From: an uncultured virus (IMG/VR IMGVR_UViG_3300042350_001000)
Lineage: Duplodnaviria > Heunggongvirae > Uroviricota > Caudoviricetes
Direction: 5' to 3' (one strand)
Length of the DNA stretch: 20,000 bases
Virus record (IMG/VR): IMGVR_UViG_3300042350_001000
Positions 1 through 5,986 of this stretch are shown in pieces (within the stretch, counting starts at the first letter, position 1; every line of letters starts with the position of its first letter). Position numbers and translations under genes: made by a program. The notes beneath the pieces are model-generated. The model was not told the DNA's origin, did not search any database, and was given only the letters and a program-made list of their open reading frames with translations.

Positions 1-54
1 GGCCGTGGCAGGGGGGTGACGAATCCCCTCTTCGGTAGCTAACCTAGCCATGCC
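1..54 (-). ncRNA. Putative structured RNA (three-way junction), C4/c4-2 antisense-RNA-like; may continue beyond the window edge
   Basis: Minus strand reads GGCAUGGC-UA-GGUUAGCUACC-GAAGA-GGGGAUUCGUCACCCC-CU-GCCACGGCC: a closing stem plus two hairpins. It starts about 7 nt downstream of a -10 box. The family resemblance is from recollection, not a covariance-model search. Confidence 0.55.
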
Positions 55-60
55 CTTTGA

Positions 61-89
61 ATGGTACTTAGTGTGTCGTTGGTTTGCAA
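61..89 (-). promoter_or_regulatory. Sigma70-type promoter for the structured RNA and downstream leftward genes
   Basis: Minus strand: TTGCAA (89-84), 17-bp spacer, TACCAT (66-61). Predicted +1 near 54 coincides with the start of the RNA stem. Confidence 0.65.
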
Positions 90-343
90 TCGGTCAAAGC
101 GACTCGGATTGCGTCGCTAATAGTGCTGACGATCTCCTCTAAACCCTTGTAACCACGGCGCTCGTACTCTTGCGTGCAATTTATCAACAGCATGTTCAAG
201 GCCGAATATTGAAAAACCATAGCTGCAAAATCGTCGCTCGTTGCCTTCGAAAGCTTTTCAATGTTCTCGAGCGTGCGGTCGATAAGCACATCGGCGTACT
301 GAACCACCTGCTGGTACTTCGCTTCTAAATTTTCAGCGGCCAT
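68..343 (-). CDS. Hypothetical protein (91 aa, predicted helical)
   Basis: ATG with purine-rich GAAGGGGG upstream; overlaps the 3' end of the Cro-like gene. Confidence 0.7.
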   Translation of the reverse strand: MAAENLEAKYQQVVQYADVLIDRTLENIEKLSKATSDDFAAMVFQYSALNMLLINCTQEYERRGYKGLEEIVSTISDAIRVALTDCKPTTH

Positions 344-504
344 ACAACCCCCTTCTCGTGTAGCCGCGGCATGAGCATCATGAGCCGATGCAGCGGGATC
401 TTCCCCGTTTTGATGTAGTGGTGGACCGTGCTTGGAGCCACCCCCAGGTACCGAGCGACTGCCCTGGTACCGCCTAGCGTTTTGATCATCTCTCTTGTAT
501 CCAT
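325..504 (-). CDS. Cro-like / YdaS-like helix-turn-helix regulator (59 aa)
   Basis: IKTLGGTRAVARYLGVAPSTVHHYIKTGKIP is a typical Cro-family HTH. ATG at 504 is preferred over TTG at 525 because a -10 box lies 6 nt upstream of 504. Confidence 0.8.
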   Translation of the reverse strand: MDTREMIKTLGGTRAVARYLGVAPSTVHHYIKTGKIPLHRLMMLMPRLHEKGVVWPLKI

Positions 505-507
505 GGC

Positions 508-524
508 GTTAGAGTAACCGAACA
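508..524. promoter_or_regulatory. Operator-like site TGTTCG-N6-CTAAC, copy 1, over the leftward -10
   Basis: Minus strand TGTTCG-GTTACT-CTAAC; same arms as 794-810. Confidence 0.6.
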
Positions 525-539
525 AAGAGGGTTACGCAA
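511..539 (-). promoter_or_regulatory. Leftward sigma70-type promoter (predicted leaderless cro-like transcript)
   Basis: Minus strand: TTGCGT (539-534), 17 bp, TACTCT (516-511), 6 nt, ATG (504). Confidence 0.65.
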
Positions 540-553
540 CCCAGGGTTTCAAC
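535..553. promoter_or_regulatory. 19-bp motif CGCAACCCAGGGTT(T/A)CAAC, copy 1
   Basis: 18/19 identical to 760-778; has the palindromic core AACCC-A-GGGTT and overlaps the leftward -35. Confidence 0.6.
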
Positions 554-576
554 GGTTGCGAATAAAGGCGAACATA

Positions 577-605
577 GGGGCGGACAGGGGGCGGACAGGG
601 TGGGG
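577..605 (+). repeat. 11-bp tandem repeat GGGGCGGACAG x2 inside a four-G-tract segment
   Basis: 577-587 and 588-598 are identical; G-tracts at 577-580, 587-591, 598-600 and 602-605. Confidence 0.7.
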
Positions 606-730
606 AGTATTAGGAGATCAATGTTCTAAACTGGATCATGACTTCTCCTATGAGAGACCGGCTAAAAGCGCATAATCGCAGTGGATTTGGCCTGAACAAT
701 GCGCGACTTTTCGGACCGGACTTTCTCGTT

Positions 731-760
731 AGTGTCCACTGGCGTCCAATAGCGTCCACC
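731..760 (+). repeat. 10-bp-periodic repeat with GYGTCCA core x3
   Basis: AGTGTCCACT / GGCGTCCAAT / AGCGTCCACC. Confidence 0.65.
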
Positions 761-778
761 GCAACCCAGGGTTACAAC
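760..778. promoter_or_regulatory. 19-bp motif CGCAACCCAGGGTT(T/A)CAAC, copy 2
   Basis: Matches 535-553; lies just upstream of the rightward -35 at 784. Confidence 0.6.
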
Positions 779-783
779 ACCGC

Positions 784-812
784 TTGACAAGGGTGTTCGA
801 TATATCTAACAT
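784..812 (+). promoter_or_regulatory. Rightward early sigma70-type promoter with overlapping palindromic operator (794-811)
   Basis: TTGACA (784-789), 17 bp, TAACAT (807-812). TGTTCGATA|TATCTAACA is an 18-bp palindrome with one mismatch. Confidence 0.8.
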
Positions 813-850
813 CTTCGATACGGCGTTTTGCCGTGAGAAAAGGAGAAACG

Positions 851-1012
851 ATGGAAGACGATTTTTGGTACCAGCAGCAAATGGAAGAACGTGAGCAACG
901 ATTGGAAGACGCTTACGAACGTGCCCGAGCAGGTCTTGCAGATGAAGAAGACTGGGCTGTTTTGCGTTACGAACTTGGACTACGAAAGGAAAGAGATGCT
1001 ACTCAAAGCTGA
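851..1012 (+). CDS. Small acidic hypothetical protein (53 aa, MEDDFWYQQQMEEREQ...), absent from the ORF track
   Basis: AGGAG RBS at 841-845, ATG 851, TGA 1010-1012; first ORF after the promoter. Confidence 0.8.
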   Translation: MEDDFWYQQQMEEREQRLEDAYERARAGLADEEDWAVLRYELGLRKERDATQS

Positions 1013-1628
1013 AGCTAATACCGGTTTTACACCCACCCCTCCAGGCGTCTACATGGGACGCTGCTACCGGATCATTGATCTCGGCACGCAAGAAACGACT
1101 TGGCAGGGCAAGATCAAACACCAGCGCAAGGTCCTGCTGTCCTGGGAGATCCATGGCGAGGACGATACTGGCAAACCCCTTTTAACGGACGATGGCAGGC
1201 CTTTGATGGCCAGCAAGCGGTTTACTGCCAGCCTCGGCGAAAAAGCGGCTCTACGGGCCTTTCTTGAGTCCTGGAGGGGCAGGCCCTTTAGCGACGCCGA
1301 ACTGAATGGCTTTGCTATCAAGTCGCTGCTTGGCCAGTGGGGCATGATCAACATCACCCAAGAGACTCGAGACGGCAAGACCTACTCGAACGTCGCAACC
1401 GTCATGCCGCTGCCACCAGCGCTTCGCAAGGTCCTGCCTGCTGGCCATAACGCACTCGGGATCTTCTCGATGGACCAGTTCGAGCCCGACATGATGGACC
1501 TCTTCAACAGCTTCGGCAAAGGCCTCCAGGACGTCATCAAGGCTTCGCCCGAGTGGGCCGCCTTGCATGAGCTTCCTGCTAAGCAGGCTACGTCTCTTGC
1601 TGATACTGACGACGACATTCCGTTTTAA
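996..1628 (+). CDS. Phage ssDNA-binding / replication protein (NGO0469-like), 210 aa
   Basis: GRCYRIIDLGTQ motif, L.EKA.LR.FLESWRG motif and acidic SSB-type C-terminal tail DTDDDIPF. ATG 996 with AAGGA RBS is preferred over GTG 891. Confidence 0.8.
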   Translation: MLLKAEANTGFTPTPPGVYMGRCYRIIDLGTQETTWQGKIKHQRKVLLSWEIHGEDDTGKPLLTDDGRPLMASKRFTASLGEKAALRAFLESWRGRPFSDAELNGFAIKSLLGQWGMINITQETRDGKTYSNVATVMPLPPALRKVLPAGHNALGIFSMDQFEPDMMDLFNSFGKGLQDVIKASPEWAALHELPAKQATSLADTDDDIPF

Positions 1629-1647
1629 TTTTAATTAAGGAAGACAC

Positions 1648-1869
1648 ATGGAAACCAAAATTATTCCTGCGGGTAGCCGCTTAGCCGAAAAGCATCTGAT
1701 GATCGCTTATCAGCGCGGTGATGTAATGGCCGTACCAAGCTTTAAGAAAGCTGATGTTTACGTCCTTCCCGGCCACATTGAGACGAGCGCTGAAGAGCTT
1801 GTATTCAACGGGTTTACCCCGAAGGTCACGCCCCTTTGGTCGCGCTTTTGGGTCGAGGTGCAGTCATGA
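1648..1869 (+). CDS. Hypothetical protein (73 aa)
   Basis: AAGGA RBS and ATG; ATGA overlap with the next gene. Confidence 0.75.
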   Translation: METKIIPAGSRLAEKHLMIAYQRGDVMAVPSFKKADVYVLPGHIETSAEELVFNGFTPKVTPLWSRFWVEVQS

Positions 1870-2159
1870 AAAAGCGCAAACCCATGAGCGAAGAGTCAAA
1901 GGCCAGGATCAGGGAAGGCGCTAAAAAGCGCTGGGCCGAATATCGGAGGATGAAAGAGTCTAAGACGACCATTCCCTACGAATTGTTCAAGCAGGCCCAA
2001 AACTTGGCCGCGGGGAAAAAGGAGGAGCCTGTGGCTTACATGCTGAAGGCCCCCGGTGGCGATCAGTTCCTGGTTACGAAGATCGGCGAACATTTCCGTA
2101 ATTTCTTGAAAGACAATGGCTTTGAGATTTGGGCCGTCAGTCTGTCGAAAAAGCTATGA
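1866..2159 (+). CDS. Hypothetical protein with N-terminal NUMOD3-like basic motif (97 aa)
   Basis: KRKPMSEESKARIREGAKKRW; ATGA overlaps at both ends; GAGG RBS. Confidence 0.7.
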   Translation: MKKRKPMSEESKARIREGAKKRWAEYRRMKESKTTIPYELFKQAQNLAAGKKEEPVAYMLKAPGGDQFLVTKIGEHFRNFLKDNGFEIWAVSLSKKL

Positions 2160-2905
2160 TCATCAATACCAAGACGGCCGAGTCTGGCCACTGGTATACC
2201 AAGGAGGGTAAGCCTGCTTACACCATTGTCGGGAGTAACGGCAAGGTGCGCAACACGACCCTCCGGGATGCCAAAAAGCTCAAGCTTTTGCCCTCAGTCA
2301 CGACGGTCATGTCGGTGGCTGCAAAGCCTGGATTGGAGGCCTGGAAGCAACAGCAGTTGCTTTTAGCGTCTCTTACCCTACCCAAGGGTGAGCAGGAGAG
2401 CCTCGAGGACTATGCCAAGCGAGTGCTCGAGGACTCCCGCAAGCAAACCAGGGATGCAGCCGACCGAGGTACGGCCATTCACGCTGAGATACAGGCCTTC
2501 TACGAGGGCGATCTCGAGAAGATGAATGTTCCATATGTCCGCAGGGCGGTTGGCGCCATACAGAGCCATTTTGGGGACCGGACGTGGATCTCTGAGGCGT
2601 CATTCGCTGCAACCCATGGCTACGGCGGGAAGGTCGATCTGCACTGCCATGACACGGTCATCGACATCAAGACCAAGGAGTTCGCTCCGGGCGACAAGGT
2701 GGCGCTGTTTGATGACCATTACATGCAGTTAGCGGCCTATGCGGTGGGGCTCAAGATCCACCCGCCCCGGTGCGCAAACGTGTTCGTTTCGGTTATCGAC
2801 CCTCACCCAGTCATTGTCCTGGAGCACGACCCCAAGGACATCCAGAGGGGCTGGGAAATGTTCCTGGCACTGCTTAACTTTTGGAAAATAAGGAGCAACG
2901 TATGA
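2156..2905 (+). CDS. PD-(D/E)XK family exonuclease (Cas4/RecB-like), 249 aa
   Basis: PSVTTV, RGTAIH, E, GKVDL, IDIKT and QLAAY motifs occur in the canonical order; ATGA-coupled start at 2156. Confidence 0.88.
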   Translation: MIINTKTAESGHWYTKEGKPAYTIVGSNGKVRNTTLRDAKKLKLLPSVTTVMSVAAKPGLEAWKQQQLLLASLTLPKGEQESLEDYAKRVLEDSRKQTRDAADRGTAIHAEIQAFYEGDLEKMNVPYVRRAVGAIQSHFGDRTWISEASFAATHGYGGKVDLHCHDTVIDIKTKEFAPGDKVALFDDHYMQLAAYAVGLKIHPPRCANVFVSVIDPHPVIVLEHDPKDIQRGWEMFLALLNFWKIRSNV

Positions 2906-3381
2906 GCATGGAAGAGAAGGTGGTGCGAAGCATCACGAAGACGCTGGATCAAATGAATATGGCCTATTTGGTATGCGGCGAACACGGTGAACTTATCAGC
3001 AACGACTTTCCAATTGAGGCGCTTATAAGGGCGCTTAAGGCCATGGAAGCCGATTTTGAAATTAGGTACCAAGGAGAGCATTACATCAACAAAGAGCGGT
3101 TTGGCCGCAATATGATTTACAAGGAATTGATTGACGTCTTCGCCGAAATCAAGCCTGGGGAAATGATCATGGTCAAAATCCCTGAGCACTTGGATTTTGA
3201 AAAGGCCAAGGCAAGTATCGTCAATCACTTTAGGCGCCGTTTTCACCCCACGGTAAACACGCACAAGGTAGGCAACTCGCCAGACGATCGCCGATTGCAG
3301 GTTTATGTTGCGCCAATAATCACCGAGGAGGAAAAGCCCCTCACCAAGTTCCAGGAGTTCATGGAGGAGCTTAAGCCATAG
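2902..3381 (+). CDS. Hypothetical protein (159 aa)
   Basis: AAGGAG RBS, ATGA overlap, followed by a terminator. Confidence 0.75.
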   Translation: MSMEEKVVRSITKTLDQMNMAYLVCGEHGELISNDFPIEALIRALKAMEADFEIRYQGEHYINKERFGRNMIYKELIDVFAEIKPGEMIMVKIPEHLDFEKAKASIVNHFRRRFHPTVNTHKVGNSPDDRRLQVYVAPIITEEEKPLTKFQEFMEELKP

Positions 3382-3414
3382 CCATTCATCGGTCTGACGA
3401 ACGGTAGCTGTTTT

Positions 3415-3435
3415 AGGGGGTTTATCCCCCTTTTT
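3415..3435 (+). terminator. Rho-independent terminator
   Basis: GGGGG-TTTAT-CCCCC followed by TTTTT, 34 nt after the stop at 3381. Confidence 0.7.
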
Positions 3436-3438
3436 CAT

Positions 3439-3467
3439 TTGACAGGTGGATAAATAAAGAGTCAAAT
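3439..3467 (+). promoter_or_regulatory. Second rightward promoter
   Basis: Perfect TTGACA (3439-3444), 17 bp, weak -10 TCAAAT. Followed by the same leader hairpin as the 784 promoter at nearly the same distance. Flanked by the inverted repeat ATTTGAC...GTCAAAT. Confidence 0.6.
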
Positions 3468-3507
3468 ACACCTACTGCGACGTGCAGTGAGAAACCGGAG
3501 AAACAGT

Positions 3508-3801
3508 ATGAAAAACGAAGCAGCAGTAATCGAAGCAGCAAGCATCGATCAACTCGGTGCCCTCTTGGCTCAGATCGCCGACCTGCAAAAGCAAGCCGAT
3601 GCAATCAAGGACGCAATCAAGGATTCGGCCTCGGCAGGTGGTGCTAAGTCGATCGAGGGTAGCCTCTTCAAGGCAACCTACATTGAGTCCGACCGCTCGG
3701 TGTTTGACAAGGCAGCCTTCGTTAAGGCTTTTGGTACCGAAGTGTACGAGCACTTCACCAAGACGACCGCCGTGTTCTCGGTCAAAGTCACCAGCCGCTA
3801 A
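3508..3801 (+). CDS. Hypothetical phage protein (97 aa, N-terminal coiled coil)
   Basis: GGAG RBS at 3497-3500; IDQLGALLAQIADLQKQADAIKDAIK heptad pattern. Confidence 0.85.
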   Translation: MKNEAAVIEAASIDQLGALLAQIADLQKQADAIKDAIKDSASAGGAKSIEGSLFKATYIESDRSVFDKAAFVKAFGTEVYEHFTKTTAVFSVKVTSR

Positions 3802-3814
3802 CCAGGATATTCAC

Positions 3815-4078
3815 ATGAAAAAAATCGCGCCAAAATCTTTGTATATCGGCCAACTGGTCGTTCTCAACAAGCACACTGAGGCTCAGGTCTACACGATTGC
3901 CGAGATCGAAGACTTTACGGTCACGCTTATGTGGTACGAGGGCAAGCGGCTTTGCGTGAATGTATGGGACTCAAGCCGCTTTTTTTACCCGGACCTCGAG
4001 CAGATCGAGTACAGCATCAACAGCAACGGCCGTCTCGCTACCGTCCGTGACCGCATGGAAGCACGTTTAACAGCTTAA
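3815..4078 (+). CDS. Hypothetical protein (87 aa, beta-rich)
   Basis: AGGA RBS and ATG 3815; the 5' extension to 3557 overlaps the upstream gene and is unlikely. Confidence 0.75.
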   Translation: MKKIAPKSLYIGQLVVLNKHTEAQVYTIAEIEDFTVTLMWYEGKRLCVNVWDSSRFFYPDLEQIEYSINSNGRLATVRDRMEARLTA

Positions 4079-4083
4079 TAACC

Positions 4084-4099
4084 GGGGGCTTCGGCCCCC
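4084..4099 (+). other. Stable intergenic hairpin with cUUCGg tetraloop and no U-tail
   Basis: GGGGGC-TTCG-GCCCCC, followed by TAACTAGGAG (RBS). Confidence 0.7.
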
Positions 4100-4115
4100 T
4101 AACTAGGAGAACATC

Positions 4116-4394
4116 ATGGAAGAGTTTCAAGCAATGGATAACGTCATAAGCCGCTTCTTCGGCAACACCACAACGCAAAGCAGAAAGCGCGAACCACGGG
4201 CGATGTACACGTCAATGTCGGTGCATAACATTGTGTCGGTCATCATTTCAAAGCCGGAGCTACTTGAGAAAGCAGACTGCCAAACCATGGACATTACCTT
4301 CGTTGCGGAGAATGGCGAACGGGTCCGAATCGTGATATTCGGCGACAACATCGACGTCGTAAGGAGTGAAAATGAAGATCCAAGTGCGGCATGA
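4116..4394 (+). CDS. Hypothetical protein (92 aa)
   Basis: AGGAG RBS and ATG. Confidence 0.7.
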   Translation: MEEFQAMDNVISRFFGNTTTQSRKREPRAMYTSMSVHNIVSVIISKPELLEKADCQTMDITFVAENGERVRIVIFGDNIDVVRSENEDPSAA

Positions 4395-4566
4395 CCCAAC
4401 CCCCCTGGACACGCGCTCGTATGACTGGCGTGCTGTTCAGGATGGTTACCAACAGGGTGATCGGATCGGCTGGGGGCGGACCAAGCTCCAGGCCATTCGA
4501 GACCTGCTTATCCAACTTGAGATGGACCCCGACACAAAGGTGTCGGTTAAGGAGATAAAGACATGA
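4372..4566 (+). CDS. Small hypothetical phage protein (64 aa)
   Basis: AAGGAG at 4361-4366, ATG 4372, ATGA overlap downstream. Confidence 0.75.
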   Translation: MKIQVRHDPTPLDTRSYDWRAVQDGYQQGDRIGWGRTKLQAIRDLLIQLEMDPDTKVSVKEIKT

Positions 4567-4919
4567 GCATGCCAGAGATCGTAAAGCGCACGATTCAGCA
4601 AGCCATCAAACTGCTTGATGCGTCAGGCGTTAAGTACAAAATTATTGACCTGGACGGGAATGAATTTGGTACGTTGACTGTTTCCAACCCTAAAAAGACA
4701 AACAAAAACTATGTACATCCGCCGGGAACGATGTTTCGTTACTACCATCCTTTAATAAAAAACATGCAGGTCGGTGATGTTGTGGTTATTGAGTCAGGTG
4801 AGTTTGCCCCCAAAAGCCTTCAAGGGGCGCTCACTTCATGGGCTACGGCACAGTGGGGAAAAGGGTCCTACAAGACCTGCATCATTGAGTCCAATATTGA
4901 AATTCTTCGCTGTGCATAG
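4563..4919 (+). CDS. Hypothetical protein (118 aa)
   Basis: AAGGAG RBS and ATGA overlap. Confidence 0.8.
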   Translation: MSMPEIVKRTIQQAIKLLDASGVKYKIIDLDGNEFGTLTVSNPKKTNKNYVHPPGTMFRYYHPLIKNMQVGDVVVIESGEFAPKSLQGALTSWATAQWGKGSYKTCIIESNIEILRCA

Positions 4920-4927
4920 GAGGGATC

Positions 4928-5137
4928 ATGGGAGAAATGAACCCCGGCCTTCGCGTGCGTGTCGGTAAGAAGCTTGGCATTCTTGAACACCTTCACCCCG
5001 ACGGGACCTGCGCAATCCGATTGATTACCGAAAACGAGTGGCCGTTTCCCGAGTGGGTTTACGTCCACCAGTCGCAAGTTAAACGAGCCTACCAACCAAA
5101 AAGGAACCTAGATGAGTACGAAGAAGCCCCCTACTGA
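4928..5137 (+). CDS. Hypothetical protein (69 aa, SH3-like beta pattern)
   Basis: GGAGG RBS and ATG. Confidence 0.75.
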   Translation: MGEMNPGLRVRVGKKLGILEHLHPDGTCAIRLITENEWPFPEWVYVHQSQVKRAYQPKRNLDEYEEAPY

Positions 5138-5306
5138 CCGGTTCGATATGTTCGCCGCTGCTGCCCTTCAAGGTTTGCTTGCCGGTGGCATATCGAACTA
5201 CAACAAACCCGACGGCAGCCCGATTGCCAGTCGAGCAGACCTTGCCGAAGTTTGCTTTTCCTACGCGAAATTTATGGTGGAACATGATCCAGATCAACTC
5301 AAATAG
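5112..5306 (+). CDS. Small phage protein with D.FAAAALQGLLA motif (64 aa)
   Basis: AAGGA RBS; the motif is familiar from small phage early proteins of unknown function. Confidence 0.75.
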   Translation: MSTKKPPTDRFDMFAAAALQGLLAGGISNYNKPDGSPIASRADLAEVCFSYAKFMVEHDPDQLK

Positions 5307-5445
5307 CAAGCAGGTGATTCTCGAGACCGAGACCTTCCCGGTCCAGTTCTTCGGGGGCTGGGACGAGGTCAACGAGTTCATCGACGCCCTTCAGAAAGTA
5401 GCCATGGAGACCTTTGGCAAGCCCTGGGAGAGCAATCATGGATGA
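5284..5445 (+). CDS. Hypothetical protein (53 aa, MIQINSNSKQVILETETF...)
   Basis: GGTGGA RBS and ATG 5284; fills the gap between neighbours. Confidence 0.65.
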   Translation: MIQINSNSKQVILETETFPVQFFGGWDEVNEFIDALQKVAMETFGKPWESNHG

Positions 5446-5782
5446 ACGGATATACGACTCCAGACCGAACGTGGTCGACCGCTGGAGGCAGTTTCCGCAG
5501 CCCCACGACCCCAAGCGAACTGAACCTCTTGTTTCACCGAACTTCACCCCACCATCGGAGGACCCGTACTATGTCAACAAATGGACAAAATTCCGCGAAG
5601 AAAACGCGACGGGCGCGTGGTTTGAGCGGCAGAGAATTGATCGACAACGTAGCGAAAGCGGAGCTATGGAGACTGAGGCAGATCGAGGTGATGTACTTCG
5701 CCCTGCAAATGGCGATCGTCGAGAAGACCGAGCTAAAAGACCGCATCGAAAAGCTTCAACCCGACCATCCGATGGAGCTTGA
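5438..5782 (+). CDS. Hypothetical protein (114 aa); 3' part overlaps the next gene
   Basis: GGAGAG RBS and ATG 5438; N-terminal half is Trp/Pro-containing and protein-like (WRQF...FTPPSEDPYYVNKW). Confidence 0.55.
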   Translation: MDERIYDSRPNVVDRWRQFPQPHDPKRTEPLVSPNFTPPSEDPYYVNKWTKFREENATGAWFERQRIDRQRSESGAMETEADRGDVLRPANGDRREDRAKRPHRKASTRPSDGA

Positions 5783-5834
5783 TCACATTATTCAGGACTA
5801 CATAAGCGAACGGGTCTCGAGAGTCGCGCATTGA
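5571..5834 (+). CDS. Hypothetical protein (87 aa, helical)
   Basis: GGAGG RBS at 5557-5561 and ATG 5571. Confidence 0.7.
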   Translation: MSTNGQNSAKKTRRARGLSGRELIDNVAKAELWRLRQIEVMYFALQMAIVEKTELKDRIEKLQPDHPMELDHIIQDYISERVSRVAH

Positions 5835-5986
5835 AGGATTACGACCCCTTTCCCGAGATTACAAAGGCGTACCAGGAAGCCAAGCTTGCCGTGCAAAAGA
5901 ACACCGACGTGGACTATGCACTACGCAAGCTTGCCCTAGTCGTGCTCGAACTTCGACTGCAAAAACAGAAAGAGAAAACGAAATGA
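5831..5986 (+). CDS. Hypothetical protein (51 aa, TTG start), absent from the ORF track
   Basis: TTGA overlap with the upstream stop and ATGA overlap with the downstream start; amphipathic helical sequence. Confidence 0.6.
   Translation: MKDYDPFPEITKAYQEAKLAVQKNTDVDYALRKLALVVLELRLQKQKEKTK

Noticed and set aside
1..54. Hammerhead ribozyme or tRNA
   Set aside because: Three-way junction, but no CUGANGA core and no tRNA D/T-loop consensus.
638..787. 49-codon plus-strand ORF in the divergent-promoter gap as a possible repressor
   Set aside because: No HTH pattern and a weak RBS; it runs through repeats and operator motifs.
794..811. LexA/SOS box
   Set aside because: Does not match CTGT-N8-ACAG, GTTC-N7-GTTC or CGAAC-N4-GTTCG; treated as a phage-specific operator.
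891..995. 5' extension of the SSB-like ORF from GTG 891
   Set aside because: It overlaps the RBS-supported 851..1012 ORF, and ATG 996 has its own RBS.
2156..2905. CRISPR-associated cas4
   Set aside because: No other cas genes or array, and the C-terminal Fe-S cysteine cluster is absent; this is an ordinary phage PD-(D/E)XK exonuclease.
2803..3471. 222-aa minus-strand ORF and similar antisense ORFs in the early region
   Set aside because: Antisense shadows of well-supported plus-strand genes.
4084..4099. Intrinsic terminator
   Set aside because: Strong hairpin but no U-tract on the coding strand; kept only as a structural element.
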